Below, in pieces: positions 1 through 14,221 of a stretch of 64,000 nucleotides of DNA. Under the pieces are notes generated by a model. That model was not told where the DNA came from. It made no database searches and saw only the letters and a list, made by a program, of their open reading frames with translations. Position 1 is the first letter of the stretch; each line of letters starts with the position of its first letter. The stretch is from a virus (Duplodnaviria; Heunggongvirae; Uroviricota; Caudoviricetes): the IMG/VR virus record IMGVR_UViG_3300012662_000013, positions 43,405 to 107,404 of that record; one strand, written 5' to 3'. A program made the translations under genes and the position numbers.

Positions 1-2584
1 AGATATTACTAATTTTTCAGGCAGTATTTATGATTATGAGGTATTTTCGCCTTAGTATGCTATATATAACTTTCAAGGCATTGATTTATTAGGTGTAAAA
101 AAAATCACTTTTTTTCAAGAGCGTTTTGTTGATTATGATAAAGTATATAATGGTAAAAATGAATTAATTTAGACCTACGATGAAGATCCAAATATCTTTT
201 GTAAAAATATAAAACTTTGTTTTGTAGATTTACAAGATACTACTAAAGACTTATATTATGTAGGTATAAGTGCGCCACAAGGTTTATCATTAATTTACGA
301 TACAGATTCTATTATCTTAAAAGGTGTTTTTTATTATGCCAATAAAGATATTTTAGATAAAAAAAATTGTGTTTGTTATTGGTATAAATAGAACCCTGCG
401 ATATTATCGGGGGATGAAAAATATGACAAAATTGCCGGGCCAGGCTGGGAATTAATTGATGATAAAACAAAAGTTAGTTTTAATGAATTAACTGTTTCTG
501 GCAAAGATGTCTATCAATAGATAAGATATAAATTAGTTGTAATTTATAATTCATCAGTGACATTAAGTAAAGATGTTAGAGTTGTTAAATATTATAATGA
601 ACGTTTTACAATAATCCGCAATGATGTGAGCGATACAGAAGTTAAATTAGAAATCGTAGATGGACGCGAAAAGATAGAAATGGCAGATTGGTATGTCGAC
701 CTTATGGATGGCTCATACTTAGCTTTAGATAAAGATGCTAGTTCAATTGATGTATCTAAATATTTAGATTATGGAACAGTAATGTTTTATACTGTTAGTC
801 TATTGGAAGACGGTAATTATGTACCATGTGAGTATAAATTAACTAATTATCAATCTGATATTTCAGTAAGAGTAATATTTAATGGTAATGATACTTTTTA
901 GTACGATAAAAATAACAGTATTACAGTAGATTAGTCAGAATCAGAAATGATTATTACTCCAACAATTACTGTTAATAAAGATAATATAGGTATTAAAACA
1001 GTTACTTGGTATTCGCCTGATGGAGGATAGCTATTTGAATACCCTACTACTAAAATAACTAATTCAATGATTTCTAAATTATGGGTTAATACTAGTGATA
1101 ATTCAGTTCATTTTAATATTCGACAAAAACGTATTTCTAATTATACAAATAATACATTAATTTTAAAAGTTATTACCTTAACTGATAAAGAATATTATTT
1201 TAATAAAACTATTTATTTTAGTAAATAGGGTGAGTATGATTTAAATGGTAGAGACTATACTTTTATAATTAAACAATGTGATGAAAATGGAAATGAAATT
1301 TCTAAACGACCATTAAATAAAGTTGGAGATACTTATAATCCTATTTATTTTAAAGCTGAATTACGATTAGATGGAGAAATTATTACTGCTGATACTAAAT
1401 ATAAAGATGAAGATGGAAATATATTAGGGAGTTATGATTTAACTTTAAAACGTACAGATATTCACGTTTCTAGTGAAAAACTTACAGATACTATCTATAA
1501 AGTTAATAGTTTTATTGAAGATAAAGAAGGATAGTATTTTATTAAATTTAGTTTAACAGTTGGTATTAAAGGAAAAACTGAAGGTACTAAAGTATTAAAT
1601 TATTGGCAACCCATAATGGTTAGTGAAAATATTGAAGTTAATAATATAAAAGAAATAAGTATTCCTGATAGAATTACATATGATAGTTCTGGAACTGCAA
1701 GTTATCATTCATTAAATGCTATTTCATTTATTTATTATTGTAATAAAGTAAACGTATAGTTAATTGGACCTTATAGCTATTCAATGACAACTAATTTATT
1801 TTTATATCCTTTAGAAGAAGATGGTAAAAAAACAGGATATTATAAATTAGTGCCTACTTCCACTTTTGGAGGAGCTTATTTTGCTGAAGAAACTGATACA
1901 GTAGATACTTCTCCTATGGGAGCTATCTATATTACTATCCCAACTGATAGATATGGAGATAGTACTATTAGATATTTAATTTATCCAGTAGTAATGCTAA
2001 TAGAACGTGACGGGAATGTTACTGATGTAGAAGAAGATGATGGCACTGATATCACTGTAGTAGATGAAGAGAATCCAGAATTTACTAAGCCTATGAAACC
2101 TAGTTTTTCTCATTAGGGTGGTAAATATGATTAGACAACTAGAGATTAGGAAAATGAAAGTAAATGGAAAGAATACGTAGGCGGAAAAACTTATATAGGT
2201 GATACTTGGGAAAAACAGCGCAAAATTCCTGTTGAAAAACCAGTAGAACCTAAAGATCCTATTGTTACTTAGAGTTTATAGTTATTAACTGAAGAACTAA
2301 ATACTAGTGGTTATGTTTCTGGATTATATTAGTATGATAGTGATGATATACCTACTAATATTTTACGTGCTGATGGCCTTGTTAGATTAGGTGGAGATAA
2401 ATTAGTTATTGATATAGATGGAAATTTAAAATTAAATGAAGAAACTCCTAGCAATATATTAACTATAGCTAGATTATTGAATGAACTAACTTCTAATTTA
2501 GATTTTAAACAGGAATTAAGTAATAATATAGTTCCACCCCCTTAGAAAAATATTAAAATACGTAATTGGTATATTGAAGAATGA
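1..2584 (+). CDS. Large virion structural protein (tail fibre/baseplate-like), 5'-partial; >=15 in-frame TAG read as sense; ends TGA 2582-2584
   Basis: Frame 2 is open from nt 2 to 2584 with only TAG interruptions. ORFs 557..901 and 1784..2116 are same-frame pieces. A hairpin terminator follows. Confidence 0.6.
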
Positions 2585-2613
2585 TGGATTTTTATCCATC
2601 ATTCTTTTTTTTT
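2579..2613 (+). terminator. Rho-independent terminator (gaatgatggat/atccatcattc stem plus T9)
   Basis: Perfect 11-bp stem followed by a T-run directly after the TGA stop. Confidence 0.7.
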
Positions 2614-2690
2614 ATTTGGACCAAAATAGTATGTTTACAATATATAATTTTTAAAAATAAATAGAAATAAGAGTTAAAGGAGGTCAATAA

Positions 2691-5600
2691 ATGGCAACAT
2701 CTACAATAAATGTAAATAGAGTATATCCGCCTATAGTTAATAGCTCAATTCCAGCATATTTAGCTACTGCGGAATCTTTAAATATAAATTTTTCTTTGCC
2801 TAAATCATTGAATTATGATGATGTAAAAAATATTTCAATTAAATTTAGCCAATAGTCAAATAATAAAAGTGTAGTTAATACAGATGTTTATTATGATGGA
2901 ATTATTTATATGGAAAAGCCTACTACCTCTACTAATGGAATATATACAGTTACTGTAAAAAATTCGGATATAAAATTAGGAGATACCGTTGGTTGGGTTT
3001 CCAATACTTTTTATAAAATCCAAATCCGTTTTGGATATAGTAAATTAGATTATGAGAAAAACAAAATTGCATTTTTTAAATGGAAAAAAACACAAACATT
3101 AATAAATGGATTTTCAGAATGGTCTAATGTAATAATTACTAAAGCAATAGAAGAACCTATTGTAAATATTTTAAATAATAGAGAAATAACTAATCTTGAT
3201 GTTGGTTTTATATTAACCAAAAGTGAAAATGTAGAAACAACAAGATTTCCTAAATTTTAGGGTGGTTATCATTGTGCTGCCGAAGAACCTATGGATAAAT
3301 ATCGTTTTAGATTATATGAGGGTTCTTACACTAGTACAAATTAGCCTACAATTGATCCTTATTTGTCTAGCGATTGGTTATAGTTCAATGGTGGCGGCCA
3401 AGATTACTATACAGGATTGGTTGAATATAGTTTTAATAGATAGTTAGACTATTTGGGCCATAAAACTTATTCAGTAGTTTTAGATGTAATTACTGCTAAT
3501 GGGTATCAAAAATCTTCTGAATTTTATAATTTTACTATTACTGAAAATTATTTAAAATAGCTAGAGTCTTTAGTTTTTATTGTTAAAGATAATAGTGGAG
3601 ATACTACAATTTAGCAAAGATTATTTAATACAAACGAAACTAGCTTTGAAACTTATAAAAGTTATTTTAATATTGATGGAGAAAATCCTACATTCATTAG
3701 AGGATATTTTAATGATTGTATTGAAAATGGAATAAGCTATAAAACTGGCGATATTGTTTATAGAACTGGCACAGTTGGCATAGATGCTAAAGAATATATT
3801 TTATCTCGTGATACTAGAATTAACGCTGTTGAAAATTTCAGCCATAATATAAGAGCTGATGAAAATGCCAGTTTAGAAATTTATATAAAAAATAATCCCT
3901 ATAAAGTAACAGAGCATACTGTTGATACTACTATTACTGGGGATAAAATAGAATATGATAAAGTAGTTTTAAAATATTAGCCTCTTGACGGAACTTTTAT
4001 TTTATCTAGAGCTTGTGAAAAAGATAATTATACTTAGTGGGAAGATATAGCTTAGTTTGATTGGTATAATGAATCTAATTATGATAATGAATTAACTTTA
4101 TTATACGAAGATTTTACTGTTGAGAGTGGCGTTAAATACAAATATGCTTTACAGAAAAAAAATGTCGCAGGACTTAGAAGTGCGCCAAAATATGAAGCCT
4201 CTGATATTGATACTTCTCCGGCACATTGGTCTAATTTTTAGTATAGCTATATTTATAATAATGGTATTCAAGTTCGTTTAAATTTTGATTGCAAAATAAA
4301 TAGTTATAAACATACTACTTTATTCCAAAAACAAGATAGTTTAAATTCTAAATACCCTATTATATTACGAAATGGTCTTGCACATTATGCTGAATTTTAG
4401 TTAGGAGCTAAAATTTCTTTGCTTAGTGATGAAGATTCTTCTTTTTTAATGCGTAATGATGCGAAAGGCGGTTATTACCATAGTTGGTATGGTGACATAG
4501 TTATCTCAAAAGATAAATATATAGAGAATTTTACGCGAGATTTACAAGCACCATATAATAATAAATTAACATTGGGGCAATATATAGATATTGATGCTTC
4601 AGTTTTTAATACTTCTCCTACCAATAATAATATTTATATGGAGCGTATTTATCGTCATTGGGTAGAAGAATTCCTTAATGATGGTGGATATAAATTATTT
4701 AAATCAGCTACCGAGGGCAATCATATTGTTACATTAACTAATGTCTCTTGGACGCCACAAGCATCTTTGGGAAGAATGATTTATGATTTTAATTCTACTG
4801 CATATGAAGTAGCAGAATTTAATTGTGATAATATTAAATTATATAATATAAATCCTTTAACGACTTTATCTAATAATTCTAAATTAGCTATTCAAGATGC
4901 TAATACTAAAAATAAAGTAATTATTGGTCAAGTAGCTAGAACATTTAATGGATAGTTAGAGAAAGAAGTAAAAGGTAATTCATTAAAAATTATTTCTAAT
5001 CCTAAATTTAATGAAAAATATGATAACATTTATGAAGCTATTAAATTATAGGAAGAAATTGAAATTAGTGAAGAGAAGAAATACACGTTAATGAAGGTAC
5101 GAACTATTTGGGTAGAGCAATATCCTAAATTAAGTTTAAAAAATAGAATTGAATATTTAAAACATCAAAATGGATTATCAATGATAGAACAATTAGAAAA
5201 TGCAGTTGAATTATTACGTTGTGAATAGTTATTAAAAGAGTATGAAAAAAATCAAACTAATATAATAACTATGATAATAAATAATAAAGAAATTTCTATG
5301 ATGCCTAGCCGTATATACCATATTGATGATATGAATTTACAATCTATGTATTTAAAATTTACTCGTCCTGTTTTAATAAATTATATTGCTGAAATAGAAG
5401 AAGAAGATTATTCAGAAATGGTTACAGTGGCTACTCGTGAATTTGTTCAATGGGGACAAATAGGTGGAGTATTTACCGATACTAAAGATATATTAGATAA
5501 TCATCAATTTTTCAGAAATGATGATACTAATATTGTTAATGAAAATTATAATTATAGTTTGTACTCTACTCGAAATATTATGGAAGTATTAAAAGAAAAA

Positions 5601-6110
5601 ATACATACTTCTATTTTAAATGATTATAGCGGAGAAAAAATAAATTCTTCTTTTGAAATTTTATATAATAAAATAAATGAATTTTTAGATAAAATAGATG
5701 ATGATACAAATTCTATTGAAGATTTATTAATTGAAGGTACTGAATTATTAGAAGAATATCGTCCATTATCAGGATTAGTTTTAAATGATTAGACTGATGC
5801 TTGGATGAATGGTTCTGACCAATTAGTAGTTTATAACTTTAATGGTATAGAAAGCCTTGAAATTGAAGCTGATGCTAATACTGATATTGTTTTTGGTAGA
5901 AATAATGAAATTGATAGTAGCACTGGTTCTGTTTCTCCGGCGAATGAAGGTAATCATATTCGAGTTGGACCAACAAATAAGATAGTATTAAATCCTTTAA
6001 AAAGTACAATTAAATCATTGGAATTTGCACGTCCATCTTATGCTATCATTAATTATAAAGCTGTTTCTTCTCTAGAATTAAAAGGATATATTAATACAAA
6101 TGAGGAGTAA
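2691..6110 (+). CDS. Large structural protein (~1139 aa) with many in-frame TAG; ends TAA
   Basis: RBS aaggagg 8 nt upstream of ATG 2691. ORFs 2910..3260, 4419..4955, 5271..5792 and 5805..6110 are all same-frame pieces separated only by TAG. Confidence 0.6.
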
Positions 6111-6115
6111 GTAAT

Positions 6116-9100
6116 ATGAGAGAATATCTAACTGATTCAAAATTCTTGTCTATGTTAGATGAGATGCGTATAAAGAAACATTATGCAAAAATTACTATAT
6201 TATCATTTGTAGATGAAAAGCCTTTACGAGAAATTCAAGGAATAGCAACAGCTGGCTCTATTACTGTTAATGGGCAAGCAGCATTACGCCGCACAATAAG
6301 TTTAACAGTAAGCGGAGTAGAAAATGAAAATGATATAAATAATATTGAAAATATAATTTCAATAAATAAAAAAGTAAAAATAGAAGTTGGGCTTGAAAAT
6401 CCATTTAAAGATTATAAAAATTATGGAGATATTATTTGGTTTCCTCTTGGAACTTATGTAATTAATCAAGCCACTACTTCTACTACAGCCTCTTCAGCAA
6501 ATATTTCTATTTCAGGCAAAGATAAAATGTGTATGCTTGATGGTACTTGCGGAGGTACACTACCTTCAGCAGTTACTTTTCATGAGACGCAATATGAAGA
6601 TGATAATGGAGACATTACAATAGAGCAAGTGCCTATATTTACAATTATTAAAGAATGTGTAACACATTTTGGTAAAGAACCAGAATAGAATGTTATAATT
6701 AACGATGTAGATATGACCGCAAAACTTAGTACAAAATATATAGGCCAAAATCCTATATGGTTTTCTAAAGATTATAAAAGTTTTGTGATTAGCGAGAATG
6801 CTCCTGAAGATGAAAATTTTTTACAACATAAATTTATTTATGGATAGGATGTTGGATATCAAGAAACAGATTTTACTTATCCAGGAGAATTAGTGTTTTC
6901 TGCTGGAGATACAGTAACTTCTGTTCTTGATAAAATTATAGAATCTTTAGGTAATTATGAATATTTTTATGACTTAGATGGGCATTTTGTTTTTTAGCAG
7001 AAAAAAAATTACTTAAATTATTATTATACTCCAATTACTTAGATTAATGATAATTATTATATAAAAGCTTTTTCTGATAGTAAATATTATTATACTTTTA
7101 TTGATGCAAAAGATGCTTTATCTTATTATAACAGTCCTAAATATGAAAATATTAAAAACGATTTTATTGTTTGGGGTGATAAAACCAATAGTAATGGTGT
7201 AACTAAAACTATTTAGTATCATTTAGCTATTGATGAAAAACCGCAAATTGATTTAGCTAATCAATATATGTGGGATATTACTAGAGGCAATGGTGACCAC
7301 GCATATTATTTATTTGAGTATGAGAAAAATGATTATAATTAGACTCCTGAGTAGAAAGCTATTGAATTAATTTATACTCAAAATCATAATGAAATTACTG
7401 ATAGTTCAATAGAAACTGCTATTAAAAAAGATGTAGTAAATAATATTTTACAGAATTATTCTTTTTATAACGGAGATTAGTTTATACTTTATTATAAAGT
7501 TACTTTTTCTGATTAGATAAGATATTATAAAGTTATATTATTAAATAATGAAATAATTGATTTTGTATATCTTGAGGATTTGACTGATATTATTGATTTT
7601 ACTCATTTAGCTTTTGGAGTTTATCCTAAGAAAGACGAAGAAGAGGAAGAAGAAGATAATGATTCTCCAGAAGATGAACCGATAGGTTATCCTGATAATC
7701 CAAATCTTCCAGACATAGACCCTGATTTTGGCATACCTGATTCTTGGGAAAGAAATTCTAATTCTACTAAATCTTAGACTTCGTTAGACCCTGATTTTGG
7801 GGCAAATCCACAAGATCCTTCAGACGACACTAAAGATGATTCTGAGGATAAAAAAGATGATACTACAAAGGTAAAATATAAAGAATTTTATTTAGTACAA
7901 AAAAGAATTATAGATAATATAGATGTTTTAGGATATTATAATAAAAAAGGCGAATGGATATAGATTTTTGAATTATCAGAAGGATTAAATTTAACTAATA
8001 TAAATAATTTAATTAATAAAGTAAAATAGAATTATTATTTAAAAATTATAAAAGATATAAATTTTGATGAAATTAATAAAGAGTATGATTTTAATTTTAT
8101 AAATCAAAATAATGTTTTATTAATTTCAAATACTGATTTATTAATCTATAAATTAAATTCTTATGATTCTCAAGGCAATAAAAAAGAATTTAATTATAGT
8201 ATTCCTAATGACTATTCAGAAATAAAAGATTCTGAAGATAAAATATTAATATCTAAAGAAGAACATAAAGAATTAATTAAAGTTTTATTAGAATACTATA
8301 AATCAAATAAAGATGATTTAATTGATGATATTACTTTAATTTATAATTATACTGATATAGATGATATTTCTGATAGTGATTCTTCTGATTCAGATAGTAA
8401 TAATCCTACCCCAAGAGACTCTAATAATAATGTTATGCCTTTAGCTACAATTGATCCTGATTTTGAAGTAAATCCTGGAGAGGAAAGTAGCTCAGATACT
8501 AGTTCATCTACTACTGACAACAAAAAAGGTAGCGATTTGTTATTACCTTTTTTAGATCCAGTAGATGGGAAAAAAGATTAGCTAAAAGTTTTAAAAGATT
8601 AGGAAGATATAATAAAGAAAATTTTTATTTTACGAGATAATGGGAATTATTCTTTAAATGAAATAATTGAAGAAATAACTAATGCTTATAACTCTAATAT
8701 CATTGATTTTTCAATTCTTCCTGAAAAAAGTAAAATTAAAATTATTACTTATATTCCAGAAGAGCCAGAGTTTGATTATGAAGATAATTTTTATTTTACA
8801 TTAATTGGAACTCCTTGCAATGAATGGCGCGAGGAACTATTTAGATAGGCTTTACTAAATAATGAAAATGGCTCTCAAAAGGGAGACTATGATGATGAAT
8901 TATTAGCTAAAATAGATAATGAATATTTATGGCGTAAACAATTATTTGATCCCTAGAATGAAACTTGGCATGAAGAATGGAATAACTAGATTGACTCGGT
9001 TAATTTGGATGAAGAAAAAATAGATACTTGGGATGGATGGAATCCAGCTATTTATATTGATCCTAGTTTAATTACTTATTGGTTAGATTTTATTGATGTT

Positions 9101-9562
9101 GATTAGTTAGTATCAAAATATTCTGTTAATAAGATAGGCCGGCGCACTAAAGCCTTGACTAAAACTAATATGAGTTTATTATATAAATTAGATGTGCCTG
9201 ATATTATTTTTTTTGAAAATACTGGTGAAGCAGATTTAATTTAGAAAATTGAAGAATATACTTTAGAAGGCCAGGCGTATTGTGCCCTAAAACCGGGGCA
9301 AATGAAACTATTTAGTTCTAGCGGAACAGGTAGTACAGCATTTGATTATATTCGAGAAATGCTTTATTAGTATTTAATTTATAATTTAACTGTTACTATT
9401 AATTGTACCCCAAGGTATTATTTAGAGCCTAATAATTTAATTTATATAGATGATAAAAAAAGTAATATTAAAGGTGAATTTGTTATAACTTAGTACACTC
9501 TTCCTTTAACTTATAATGGAAATATGTCAATTACAACAAATGAAGCCTTAACAAGAGTATAA
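6116..9562 (+). CDS. Large structural protein (~1148 aa) with acidic DPDFG-type repeats and a poly-Glu tract; many in-frame TAG; ends TAA
   Basis: RBS aatgaggag upstream of ATG 6116. Frame 2 is continuous to TAA 9560-9562 (ORFs 6116..6688 and 7580..7777 are pieces). Repeats IDPDFGIPDSW / LDPDFGANPQDP / IDPDFEVNPGEE. Confidence 0.55.
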
Positions 9563-9572
9563 GGAGGTAACA

Positions 9573-10274
9573 ATGAGTATTGAATTAAAATAGATTGTTT
9601 ATAATCTTGAAGATTATGGAGGATCTGGTGGTTTAATCTCTACTAATAAAAATAATCATAATGAATTAATATATAGTATGGTTTATTAGAATAATGAAAA
9701 TGATTCTACAGAAACTACTTTAGTTGGCGATTTAGGATTAACTGATTATCTGGAAAATCGTATTAATATTTTTGATAAAAATATTTTAGCAAATTATACT
9801 AATGTAAAAAAAATAGGTATTTAGGCTCCTCCTGGAACTAAATTTACTTTTTCTGAATCAGTTACTCCAAATGCTGGACAATGGTTAATGATAGGTCGTA
9901 CTGGAATTTATGAATTAAATGATGATATAGTAATTAAATCATTACGATTTCAACATCCTAAAAATTATATTTTAAATAAAGAATTAAGTTAGGAATTATA
10001 GTCTAATGGAACAGCAATTATGAAACAAGCTAGAGATGAATTTTTAACTAAAGTAACTGAGTTAACTAAAAGCCAAGGGACAGTCCCAGATCGAACTGAA
10101 ACTGGTAATGACTATTGGATATAGTATAATAATCTCCATTAGCAATACGTTACTAAATACAGAAGCGGTTTAGGCTTGTATTTAAAAGGCAAAGCTGGAG
10201 TTTATGTTGATGGTTCTGAAGATGATTTATATAATATTATTATTGATTTTACTTATGGAGAAGAGGAGGGATAA
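9573..10274 (+). CDS. Structural protein (~233 aa), TAG-containing
   Basis: RBS aaggaggt upstream. Frame 0 is open to TAA 10272-10274. Confidence 0.5.
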
Positions 10275-10277
10275 TTA

Positions 10278-12928
10278 ATGTATAGTTTTTATGGCGGACA
10301 AAAAGGTTAGGATTTTAAAATAACAAGAATATTTTCTAACCGAGCAATAGATATGGTTGGAGATTTATAGATGCGTTGGACTTCACCAGTAAATGTAGGA
10401 GATTATATATTTATTAATTATGGTGATCCTTCATTTATGAATGAAGAAACTTCTAACTATAATACCAATTTATAGATAGATTTAAAAGCCAGCGGTAAAT
10501 CTTTTACTAATTCATTATGGCAAAAAATTTATGTAGATAGAAATTTAACAATTTCTCCTGAGTTCCCTGAGAATGATAATAATATTTATGTTTTCTTAAA
10601 TTTAGATGAAAGTAATACTGAGGAATACGGTAATTCTTTATAGGAAGTATCAGATATTGAAAGCGAAGAATGTTTTGGGTTTGGATATAGATTAATTGCT
10701 TGTGTAACTGGTGTTACTCCTCGAATTTAGGTATTCCATTAGACAATAGATATTGAAGATGGAGATCCTTATGTTACTTTAAATTTAACTAACCCTGATA
10801 CTCCTAAAATTAAATTTTATTTACAACGTGGATAGTGCATTGAAGATGTTTATAGAAATATTGTAGGATCTTAGGAAGAACCTAATGCTTATTTATACAC
10901 TGATGGTAGAACTTATATAGATAAAAATGGTGAAACAAAAACAGCCACTTTAACTAAGCCTTAGTTGATATTTGATTTGCCAAAGGCCCCTACGTTTTAT
11001 TATGGTATGTTATTTGGTACAGGTCCTTTAAATTTTTATCATAATTTTGGTACTTTATCTAGTAGAGAATATTATTTAAACAATGATACATATAAGATTT
11101 ATAAGAAAGAAATACAGTTAATAACCAGAATTAGTGATTTTTTACATAGAATTTTATTAAATGATGCTGTAACTTATACTTTAGATGAAAGCTCTAAAGA
11201 TAAAGATACTGGTATTTATAGTAATCTTCAATTTGATGATATAAAACATTTTTATTATATTGTAAATAATAATTTTTTTAAAGAAGGCAGTAATTTAAAT
11301 AGATCATTTATATACGTTCAAGAAGAAGACAAAAATGTTATTTTTAATCCATTGTCTAATAAAAATGATGAAGTGACAAAAAATAATGAGAAAAAAATTT
11401 TAAAATTATATAAAGAATTAAAAAATGATTATCATTTATCTGTACGTCCTTATGAACGTTATAAAGAAGATGGTTCAAAAGAGTTAATTCCTTAGTATAT
11501 GTGGACAAATGATGATGCCACTGAAGAAGTTAATACTTATTTATTATCATCTTCTATTTTCAAATCCTTCCCTAATTCGTTATATCCTTTAGGAATTATA
11601 ATAAATGATTTAATAGAAAAATTATTTAGTATTATTGTAGAAGATGAAAATGGAAATCCTTCAATAAAAGAAAATTACATTACTTCTGATGTATCTTATT
11701 CTTTTGAAACTTATAATACTGCTGATTATTTAATTGGAGTATTAGCACAAGGTTCTTATTTAAATGAACATTATTATGATGTATCAAAAGCTTATAAAGC
11801 TGATTTTTATGTTAATGAACCTACTGGTAAATTTTATATTTTAACAAATATAAATGAAATTTATATTGAAGGAAAATATATCGGAGCTATTACCGCCCCT
11901 GCTCCTATTGCTACGACCCAAATGACTTCTAGTTTTTATTTTGATAAAAAGGAACAAAAATATGTAAAAAATCAAAATAAAGTTATTAGTAGTTTAACTG
12001 AAGGTATGGGAGAAAATATTTATCAAGAAGAATTCTTATTTAAATTAGTAAATGATCCTATTACCTTGACAAAAATAAAATAGGTTGTTAATGACGCAGA
12101 TTTTACAATCGGAAAACCTATTCCTTAGAATGAAAATGAATAGTTAGTAAACATAGAAGTTCCTATGCCTATCCATGTATTTACTCCAGGGAGTAGTGGA
12201 TTAAGTGTTTTAAATAATAAAGTAATATGGAATTCTACTAATTATGAAGGACCATTATTTTCTAAAGGAGATCTATTTTTCAATATAACACGATTAGAGG
12301 ATAATAATGCTAACCGTGGTGATGTTTATAGATATAATTAGCTTCCTACAAATACAATCGAAGAATAGAAAGCTATTTTAAAAGATACAATGACTAATAG
12401 TTGGGAATTAGTTGGGAATATAAAAGGTATTCCAGGTATTCCTAATCCTACTAAAATTGTAAATATTACTTTAATTCCTACAACAAATCAAAGTGATAAT
12501 TTTAAAATAACTTATTTAGGCAGTAGTAATACTAGTACTTTTAATTATAAGATAAATAAATCTCCTAATAATGGAGCAGAAGTTAATCCAACTCCAACAT
12601 TAATGGCTATAATTCAAAATATAATTAATGGTAATAATATTTCAGTATCAAATAATGAATTAATTTTACCTGATTTATTAGTAGATACTAATAATGGAGA
12701 AATTTTATTAATAAATTACTTTGCTTCAGAAAATTCTACCCCTGAAAGTTATTGGGGAATTTATACTAATAATTCTTGGAATATAATGTCTTTCTCAGGT
12801 GGCGGGTCTTCATTCTTAAATGATTAGCCTAATAAATTAACGGAATAGCATAAACAATAGGGTTATTCAGTTGATTATTTAGAAACAAAATTTTTAAATA
12901 GCCATTTAATCTGGCATGATTGGGATTA
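10278..12928 (+). CDS. Large structural protein (~883 aa), TAG-containing
   Basis: RBS gaggaggg upstream. ORFs 10965..11495, 11499..12083 and 12390..12827 are in one frame joined by TAG. Ends TAA 12926-12928. Confidence 0.55.
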
Positions 12929-12942
12929 AGGAGGAATTTTAA

Positions 12943-13350
12943 ATGGATGCTCAATTAGTAGCGCAAATATTTCAAATTTGTATTATTCCTTTACTTGGAA
13001 TTTTAACAACGTTTTTAATTACTTGGATTAAATCTAAGAAAGATGCTTTAAAACAACAAACAGATAGTGAATTAGCTAAGAAATATTTGGATATGCTTGA
13101 TAATACAATTACTGACTGTGTTATTGCAATGAATCAGACTTATGTTAATTCATTAAAACAACAAGGTAAATTTGATAGTGAAGCACAAAAGAAAGCTTTT
13201 ACTGATGTATACAATAAAGTAATTGCTATTCTTGGCCAAGATGCTATTGAATATTTAAATTCGGCTATTGGAGATTTAAATGAATATATTACTTCTAAAA
13301 TTGAAAAAGAAGTCAGCTCAAATAAAATTACTCCAACAGAAGAAAAATAA
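12943..13350 (+). CDS. Holin, LL-H-like family (single N-terminal transmembrane segment)
   Basis: 135-aa uninterrupted ORF with RBS ggagga. N-terminal transmembrane segment, then NQTYV..LKQQGKF..KKAF..Y pattern typical of LL-H-type holins. Followed by a terminator. Confidence 0.55.
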   Translation: MDAQLVAQIFQICIIPLLGILTTFLITWIKSKKDALKQQTDSELAKKYLDMLDNTITDCVIAMNQTYVNSLKQQGKFDSEAQKKAFTDVYNKVIAILGQDAIEYLNSAIGDLNEYITSKIEKEVSSNKITPTEEK

Positions 13351-13354
13351 TAAA

Positions 13355-13390
13355 ATGGGAGAACTAAATGCGGTTCTCCCATTTTTTTTA
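13355..13390 (+). terminator. Rho-independent terminator (gggagaac/gttctccc plus T8)
   Basis: 8-bp GC-rich stem then TTTTTTTT. Confidence 0.75.
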
Positions 13391-13411
13391 TGCTTATTTA
13401 TTATAATAAAA

Positions 13412-13450
13412 TGCCCTAAATAATTTCCCAAAATTTTTGACAAAATTGGG
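13412..13450 (+). promoter_or_regulatory. Imperfect palindrome aatttcccaaaatttttgacaaaattgggaaatt carrying TTGACA; operator/promoter-like site ahead of the XhlA-like gene
   Basis: ~13-bp inverted arms centred on TTGACA, in the 120-nt gap after the holin terminator. Confidence 0.35.
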
Positions 13451-13512
13451 AAATTATTTGACAATAATTTTTATATAACTATGGAAAGAATAAATAAGAA
13501 AGGATTTTAGTT

Positions 13513-13944
13513 ATGAATTTATATCAAGGTTTTGGAAATAACCAAAGTTATTATCAACCACAAAGAACAAATACAATTGCACCACCGATCCAATAGCCAT
13601 AGGCTTTTATCGGATTAAAAGGTCGGCCAGTTTCTTCATTAGAAGAGGCTCGTGCGGCTGCTATTGATTTTGATGGTTCTGTATTTTTCTTTCCTGATTT
13701 GGCTAATAAAAGGATTTATACCAAACAAATTAATTTAGATGGAACGGCATCTATGAATATGTATGAGTATAAAGAAGTTCCTACTGAAGCTTTTAATTCA
13801 TCTAATTTCGTCACTCGTTAGGAATTTGATGAAACTTTAAATGATATTAAAGGGGCTTTAAACATGATAGCTTAGTAGACTTAGCAATAGATACAATAGT
13901 CAAAGCCAGAAGAGCAGCAACCTAAGCCGCAAATTAATTTTTAA
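13513..13944 (+). CDS. Lysis-associated protein with Gln-rich C-terminus, weak XhlA-like resemblance (FVTRQEFDETLN); 7 in-frame TAG
   Basis: RBS aagaaagga. Frame 1 is open to TAA 13942-13944. Confidence 0.35.
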
Positions 13945-13957
13945 GGAGTAATGGAAT

Positions 13958-14194
13958 ATGCAAATGAATCCTATACAGATTATTCAAATGATAAAAGGTG
14001 GGTCTAATCCTCAACAGTTAATGATGTCATTTTTATAGCAATAGAATAATCCAATGGCTAATAATTTGTTATAGATGGCTCAAAATGGAAATATCGGTGG
14101 AATTGAATAGGTAGCACGAAATATGTGTGCATAGAAAGGATTAGACTTTGATAAAGAATTTAGTTCCTTTAAGCAATAGCTAGGAATTAAATAA
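13958..14194 (+). CDS. Small Gln-rich protein (~78 aa), 6 in-frame TAG
   Basis: RBS aaggag 9 nt upstream. Ends TAA 14192-14194. Confidence 0.4.
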
Positions 14195-14221
14195 TATATT
14201 TTATTAAAGGAGGACATTTTT

